The position numbers and the translations under genes are program-made. Shown here one piece after another: positions 56,581 through 64,000 of a stretch of 64,000 bases of DNA. Numbering within the stretch: the stretch's first letter is position 1; every line of letters begins with the position of its first letter. The notes beneath the pieces are model-generated. The model had not been told where the DNA came from and made no database searches. It saw only the letters and a program-made list of their open reading frames with translations. The stretch is from Octopus vulgaris (taxonomy: Eukaryota): contig OX597815.1 of NCBI GenBank assembly GCA_951406725.2, positions 11,594,001 through 11,658,000 on the forward strand, given 5' to 3'.

Positions 56581-57739
56581 TGGATTGTTGCTAATGTTTG
56601 CACATATTAAAGTAAAATCCGATGAAATTTAGAGTACAATTGCTATTTTGTGAGTAAAGCATTAGGGAATTGCATGAGAAACCTTACAGTATTTTGTGTG
56701 AAATTCCACTGTTACACGACAAAATAAAATATATATGATTGAAAAATCGATTTCTTCTAGCTGCTGGGTAGATCATAAAACACCAACTATTGAATAAAAG
56801 CGAACAAGAGCGGCTTTTATGTACGAATAAAAATACAACACGCTAGTCATAGTTTGTGCCCTAATAAGTTGGAGGCTAGGGAATTAGAAGTGTTCTGGTA
56901 GGCAGACACATCGAAATCAAGCTACTTAGAGCTTTGAAAATTACGCTTGGTTTCAATGAATGGGAAAAAATATTTATTTAGAAAATCGGATGATGTTATT
57001 GATTAAAATTCTTCAGTATTTCAAATCTTGACGCACAGTGTGTGTGTGTGTGTGAACACATGCGAGCATATGTAGGTATACATATCTGCGTGAACTAGAG
57101 AACTAATGTGGAAATAATACCGGTTAATACAAGAGATAATACCAGTTAAGCGCTAACATATACGATGTTGAATATAATCGGGGAGAAGGTATCTGATTCA
57201 TTTGCCTACACTTCAGTAATAAAGTTTGGGAAACATCAAGAAGTTTCCAAAATGTCAGAGTATTAATCGTTTCTTTAAAATGTAGGTATAATTGCTTTTC
57301 TTAAAAAAATAATCAGATGTCAGTTTGAAGCCTACACGGTTGTTTTTATTCTAATGCACTTCATATCAAAATAGTTTTTTTATCTTTACACCTAAAGTGA
57401 TTTGTTTATTATTATCGAGGTTCTAGCACTTCAGAGAATTGGCGAGCATTTTTTTTTTGTGAATATGAACAGAAAATATTTATCATACTACAGATTGGAC
57501 GTTCACACCAAAAGACATCCCAAATCTCTATCTGTGTGTAGATGTGCAAACATACGAACATCCATGTATATAATTTATGTATTATCTAGATTTTTGATTC
57601 CACATCTTTTAAATCATAATGCCTTTCACTAAAAGAGCGAAACGAATACGCATACACACACTCACTTCCACCACACACTAATATATATACACATATACAC
57701 AAAATTATATATTTATAACATATATATAATGTACATACA

Positions 57740-57992
<253 letters not shown>

Positions 57993-58074
57993 TTACACAC
58001 AGTCCCATACTCGCACACACACACACATACCTATAAACAAGCACATGTACATATACAGATATATTTGCATATAT

Positions 58075-58245
58075 ATTCTTTTACTTTTATTGTGTTACTC
58101 GTTTCAGTCATCTGCCTGGGCAATACTGGAGCACCACATGGAAGGGATTTTAGTCGAACAAATCGAAACCAACACTTATTTCTTAAGCTTATTACTTACT
58201 CTAACTTTTTCCGAATCTATGCAACTTCCAAATTTTTGCCGATAC
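58075..58245 (-). mobile_element. SINE family B 3' remnant, very degenerate
   Basis: gtttcagtcat...ctggagcacc...tttagtcgaacaaatcga. Confidence 0.6.
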
Positions 58246-58380
58246 ATAATTTTCTTAGCAATTAGATAATAGTAATGACATATATATCTTATCGAGTCTG
58301 AAGTCTATTTCCGTCTTTAGAAGTCAGTCAATATCCTTTGATCAATCTTCAACATCCAATAACATACAATTGATGATGCA

Positions 58381-59644
58381 CGAGGTAGTATCAAAAGGTT
58401 CCTGATCTAGTTATGTTAAATAAAACAATAACTTATTTACCACAGATTTCTCCTCTGAAATAGTCACCTTGTGTAGCTATCCACCTGTTCCAACGTTACA
58501 GCAACATTTGAAATCCGTCCTGGAAGTCGAGTCGTTTTCTGTAAAAACATCGTGGCCATTCTAATATTTGTTCTTGATTTCGGCAATTGCGTTAAAAGGA
58601 TGACCTTTGAAATGCAATTTTATCTCGAGGACTAAATGGAAGTCTGCAGGTGGTGAATCTGGTGAATTGGGCGGGTGCGAAAGCGTCATCATGTTGTTTT
58701 TGGCGAGAAACTCACCAGTGAGAAATCGGTGATTGGGTTCTTTTTTAATCGCGCTCCACAGATGAGGTCGCTTTCTCCGAATGTCCTCCCTGAAATCCTT
58801 CAAAACGGGCTGGCTTGGGGGACAAATTCTTTATGCACAATACCGCAGATGCCGATAAAAACGATGACTATGCTCTTGATTGAGCAATGGCCCTGTCGTG
58901 CCTTCTTCGGTTGTGAAGATGGAGGCTTCTTCCATTGTGTCGACTGCTGCTTCGTCTCAGGGTCGTACCCGAGACCCAATTCTAGTCACTGGTGATGATC
59001 CATTACACGAAGGATGGGCCATCAGCGGCTCCCTGGCGGAGATCTTGACAGATTTCGATGCGATGATCTTTCTGCTCAGTGGCCAGCATGCGGGTGATAA
59101 ACTTATGTCACACGCATGATCAGTTCTGATGTTAGGATTGCCTGCACGGACCCATATGACAGAGCAGCAACATCAACAATTTCGTTGATTGCCCTCTGAC
59201 GATACTCATGCACAAGCTGATGGATTTTCGCCACATTTCCGGGAGTGACGCTCGTTACAATCTTCCAGATCGCTCATCGTCTACCAGGGACTTTCTTTTG
59301 CTTTTAAAGTGCCCCTGCCACTCGAAACATTGCGTATGACCAATTGCCTCGTCACTGGAATCCTGCCGAAGTATGCCCAATCATTCTAGCAGACTTCCCT
59401 AGTTTGACGCAAAGTTTCACGTTGGCTCTTTGTTCCAACTTTCTCTCCACGACACTATCGCAGACTACAGAATACATGTGATCCCAAAAGCATAAATTTC
59501 ACTACTTGCGAAGGAAAAACAGCAATGCCACTCGGCACACTGCCTCATGAAGATCACTACTAGCTCGCAGTGAGCTCGCAACTGCGTGCTGCTCTATGTT
59601 GGTACTCTTCAGGACTAGTCATGGAATCCTTTGATACCACCTCG
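58381..59644 (-). mobile_element. Full-length (1264 bp) mariner relic with TIRs; transposase pseudogene
   Basis: Left TIR cgaggtagtatcaaaaggttcc versus reverse-complemented right TIR cgaggtggtatcaaaggattcc; minus-strand IITSD*NWV / GYDPETKQQSTQWK and HPPNSPDSPPADFHL. Confidence 0.93.
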
Positions 59645-62269
59645 TTTCAAGAAGCGATAGTTTTCATTAGGATAAACTTAGGTTAGAGATGCGACAAATT
59701 AGATAATTAAATATTGCTGGAAATAAGGATTAGGAGAAAGGAATAAAAGGTGGAACTTCATAGACTGACCTCTGTAGAGTAAGTGATATATCCATGTGCA
59801 ACACCTATTTTGAGCACTGGTTGCAACTGGCGAACAATTTCGTAATCCTGATTACGTACTCTTCAATAAGCGATAAATGAATTCCGCTTAACTCGCTAAG
59901 TTTTGCCAAAGGCTGCGTGTTGATATGATCAGCTGATCATTTCTAAGTTGAAATTAATATTCAACGTAATAGAAACAAGGGGCCTGAGGGATGCAATATT
60001 CATAAATCATCTGAAAGTTATGCTGAGGAATTTAATAACCAATTTACTACTATTAATGACTTCCACAGATATCCCGAAGACCTATCAGAAGAATTCGAAA
60101 ATATCGTGAAAGAAGCGGCATGAAATCATCATACGTCAACAAAAACGATGCTGAATGGCAATTGGAATTTGTAGAATAATGGTGTTGAGCAAAATCTATG
60201 AGAGATTTTATGAAATTCACAATATACAATGGTAGTGTCCAGTGCTTAGATGAAAGGATAAATACAACTATTTGAAAAGGAAATATAAGATGATAGAGAG
60301 AAAAATACTTCAAATGTTTACCCTTAATATTCCGATATCTAAAGTATAAGATGGGCAAGATATAAAGGAAAGATGAACTGAAAAGGGAAAAGGTACCCGT
60401 TTCACATTAGAACAGATTCAACTCAGGCGGTGTAGATATGAAAATATTGAGAAAACGTTGCCAAAACATTTTAAAACTAAGCATTGTTGAAAATATAGAT
60501 AACAACATATATCTTCACAAAAAAATGTTACGTATGGGAAAACAATTACATTCATTTTCTATGCAAGCAGAGTCTTGAAAAATTAATCGAAATTGTTTTT
60601 TGCATTATTTATTTTTATATTTTAGCTATTTATTGTGAGCTAAAATATTTGGTAGCTGCTGACCAAGTTTCAAATTTCCAACATCTGCTGTGAAATAAAT
60701 TCCCCCGTGAGCATAATTCGTATGTATGTATTTATTTATAACTGATTGTGTGTATCAATATACATTCATATACATATTTACATAGATGACGGTATGTATG
60801 TGTGTATGTTTGTATAACGTATATATGAGATTGTGATAAAGTATATAACTGATGAATGGTGAAAGCTTACGTCAGTAATGAAATCTAAAATTTGTGAACA
60901 GAAAATCTTTATTTTAAACATTCTGTAAAAACTAAAATTTCTAGAGAATTAATAAAATTAGCCTCCCTTCAATTTCAGGATCAGCAAAGTCCCCAGTAAA
61001 ATTTTCGAAAGGTCCTGGGTATTCAAGCTATATAACTAAAACTACACTTCATTGCATCTGAGATAAACCTGGGAACTATTAGCATGACTGTAAAAAATCT
61101 GTCATTTATGGTGCTAATCTTCACTCAGCGACAATATTTCGCCCAAGTCCACCATTGGTTTCACTAAAAGCACATTTACTTAATGTATTTACCGCCATGC
61201 ACATTCTTTTATGAAACTAAAAGCATTAATAAAGTGTATCTTAGTAATTAGGGAGACAACTGACTATAATATTTCTTTGTCCTCTCGAAGTTACACATGG
61301 CCATATTGGCATTGCAGATTCACTCCCCTTTGCGTTGCCATGTTAGAGTAACAAAACGCCTCCCTTGCATCAAAATTTCAATGGGTTAAAAACTTAGGTT
61401 GGAAAATAATAGATACTTCAAACTACCAACCAAAATAGATTTTGGCACGACTTAAAATATCATGTAAATTTTGCTTTGGGACGGATAAAAACACTCTTGG
61501 ATTTTCTAAATATTAAAAACATTTTTTCTGAAAAACGTTTCTGGTTACCTATCCATTCACCTCAGTATTAACCCCCTTTGCTTTACTCTGGAATATTTTG
61601 AAAACAAATTAAATTTTCTACTAAAGCCAAATCCTTTTACACTATTGCTATGTATCCGGCTTCCTCAATAGTCATTTTAGCTCCTTTTAATCCATCTGAT
61701 TACAGCTTTTTGATCCACAGCATTTTAAAATAAATTAAATTTGGCAGGATTTTTATATTCTAAATTTCTATAAAATTATGACCTTATTTGAAATACACGC
61801 AAATACACACACATATATAGACGTGTCTGTATGGATGTCTGATTTTGTAATCATATATATTCATTTATTTATATATTACACAATTTTTCATCAGAAAAAA
61901 AGGAAGCGTTATTATGAGGTGCTTTCCTATTTTAATATTCATCAGCTATTTCCATTCATTCTATGCCCAAAGTCGTGCCTTCTTATTTCATTGCTCCAAA
62001 GTCATTATGTAGCATATTATGGTTTTTATTTTTTCTGTATACGCATCTTTATATCAAAGACTTACAATCGAATAGATTCTACATATTCAAAGACCGTGCA
62101 TCTGTGAAAGGGAAGCATGTGTACGTAAGAATATATGCGCGTGCTTGTTTTCGTATGTGGCTGTACATATATTTGCTCATGGGTGTAGAAGAAAAGAGTA
62201 AATTGTGAATGTGAAGGAAAAAGTATATGGGTGGGCGAAATTTAATTACATTGATCCGTACATTTACCA

Positions 62270-62309
62270 CATACACATATATACATGAATATGTATATGA
62301 TGTATATGC

Positions 62310-62350
<41 letters not shown>

Positions 62351-62373
62351 TAAATACATATATACATATATAA

Positions 62374-62417
<44 letters not shown>

Positions 62418-62465
62418 GCATAATGCATATGTGTATATATGTATATATGTATAATGTAATATATG
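62270..62465. repeat. Degenerate (TA)n/(TATG)n block
   Basis: Direct reading. Confidence 0.9.
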
Positions 62466-64000
62466 TTTTCGTCCGCATTCTCGTCTATGTATTTATACAC
62501 GCTATTATGCAGTGTCGAACGAAAAACCAAAAATCTCATTACGCACAGAAGCACAACAGAATTGCGTCCATCAAACGGTAGACTAGGAACTAATATAGGG
62601 TTTTATTCATGGTACTTTTAAAAGAAGGAAGGCATGCATATATATATATATATAGATATATATATGTACATAAATTATTTTCAAGTTTAAATTCCCTACA
62701 GACCGCAGACCAGTAATACGAAACACAAACAAACAAACATACATACACAGGCTCACACTCACTCATAAGTACGCCATAGACACACAGACATATGCATAAA
62801 CGATTATGAGGTTTCGCATGAGTACATTTATATTTAAGAAGAAAATGCGTTGAAATATTCATCATGAATAAAAGAAAGTATTTACATTTTTATGAAAATA
62901 TGCTCCCGGTTCTGTTTCAATCGCTGAAAACGTCGATTTAATTATGTTGAAATAAAAGAAAAGCCATTCCTCAAATACATTAGATGTCTCAGGGGAAGTG
63001 ACTCAGTTATTCCAAGCAATCCTTCTAAAACAGTCAATGAAAAACCATAATAGTCTCTATCTATGTAGTAAATATTTATTTAGACCTCGGTCACAGCATA
63101 TCAACTGAGACCATTACATTCTAGTTGGTGAACTTCCTCACCGCGTAAAAACAGAGTACATATCAGAAAAGCTCAAATGTATTTTAGAGAATATGCGCAT
63201 TATATTCAATGACAAACTTTTCAACAAATATCAAGGACTGCGATAGAGATGAAAACAGCTTTATACTTTCGCAATCTAGTGATCAAAAACGACTACAGAC
63301 ATATGGGGACTCTTTCTTGATGTATATTCAACAAAAATGGAAGAGATACCTCGATGTCTGCTTGAGAAGGAAATTAAAATTCTTCAATAAAATAAATAAA
63401 AATATAGAATCCATCATGCAATATAGCGATAACGAGCTCCCAATTTCAGACATTCTAATAAAGAAAGTCAACAGAGTCGGGGATTTAAGAAAATACTAAG
63501 AGTAATGCCATGTCTTGGCCTTTATTTCTTGCTGTCGATCTGCAGGGTGCATCAATTCACATAACCTTGTGTTTCATACTGAAATACGATAGAAGGCCTT
63601 AGTATTCAAGGGACGGGGTTCGCCTAAGCGTAGAGAAATGAGGTATGAGGGTTTCAGAAGATGTACACTTGAAATTTGTAAGGTAACATGATCACATTTT
63701 CCGACCGTATTGAATTTATTATTGACGTGTACACCACAGCACAAATTCTTGATATTTTATGTTGCTACGAGGTCCATTTTTACCTCGTTCAGCATCATGA
63801 ATTTTTAGTCCATGGAATTATAGCTTGTTGATTGTATCAGAGGTATGATTAATCACATAACCCATTGATGGCATTCTGAAGCTTAGATACATTTTACAAT
63901 GTTTGATGGTATTTCCTATGTTAACTATGTGAATAATTAAAAACAGCAGATCCAAAAGTGTAGTCCTGTAGTAGCAGTAAAGGACGTTTGTTAGCCTAGT

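Noticed and set aside
60849-60880. ctgatgaatggtgaaagctt
   Set aside because: No stem II or stem I pairing

Overview
AT-rich, microsatellite-dense eukaryotic non-genic DNA. The SINE families present look like those of octopus/coleoid cephalopods (inference from family recognition, not a database search). I find no convincing host protein-coding exon; nearly all listed ORFs are translations of (TA)n, (TATC)n, (CA)n, (GA)n or (TAA)n arrays or of transposon fragments. The window is a layered transposon record: about 20 tRNA-type SINE copies of four families, three mariner relics, two copies of a 0.39-kb non-autonomous Helitron, an apparently young 5'-truncated CR1, an R4/Dong 3' end inside (TAA)n, a HERO/R2-like RT relic, a Penelope-like RT+GIY-YIG relic and an RTE LINE with a 5' inversion. 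Three things stand out. (1) Short non-coding cassettes sit in (TA)n arrays and carry type-I minimal hammerhead ribozyme motifs; two have long stem-II insertions, one lies in a ~270-bp inverted repeat, and two share a non-canonical CUGUAGA core. (2) A degenerate U6 snRNA retrocopy lies at the 5' side of a twin-primed RTE insertion, a possible U6/RTE chimera. (3) A ~320-bp segment is duplicated 4.66 kb apart with diverged flanks but a 57/59-identical core.
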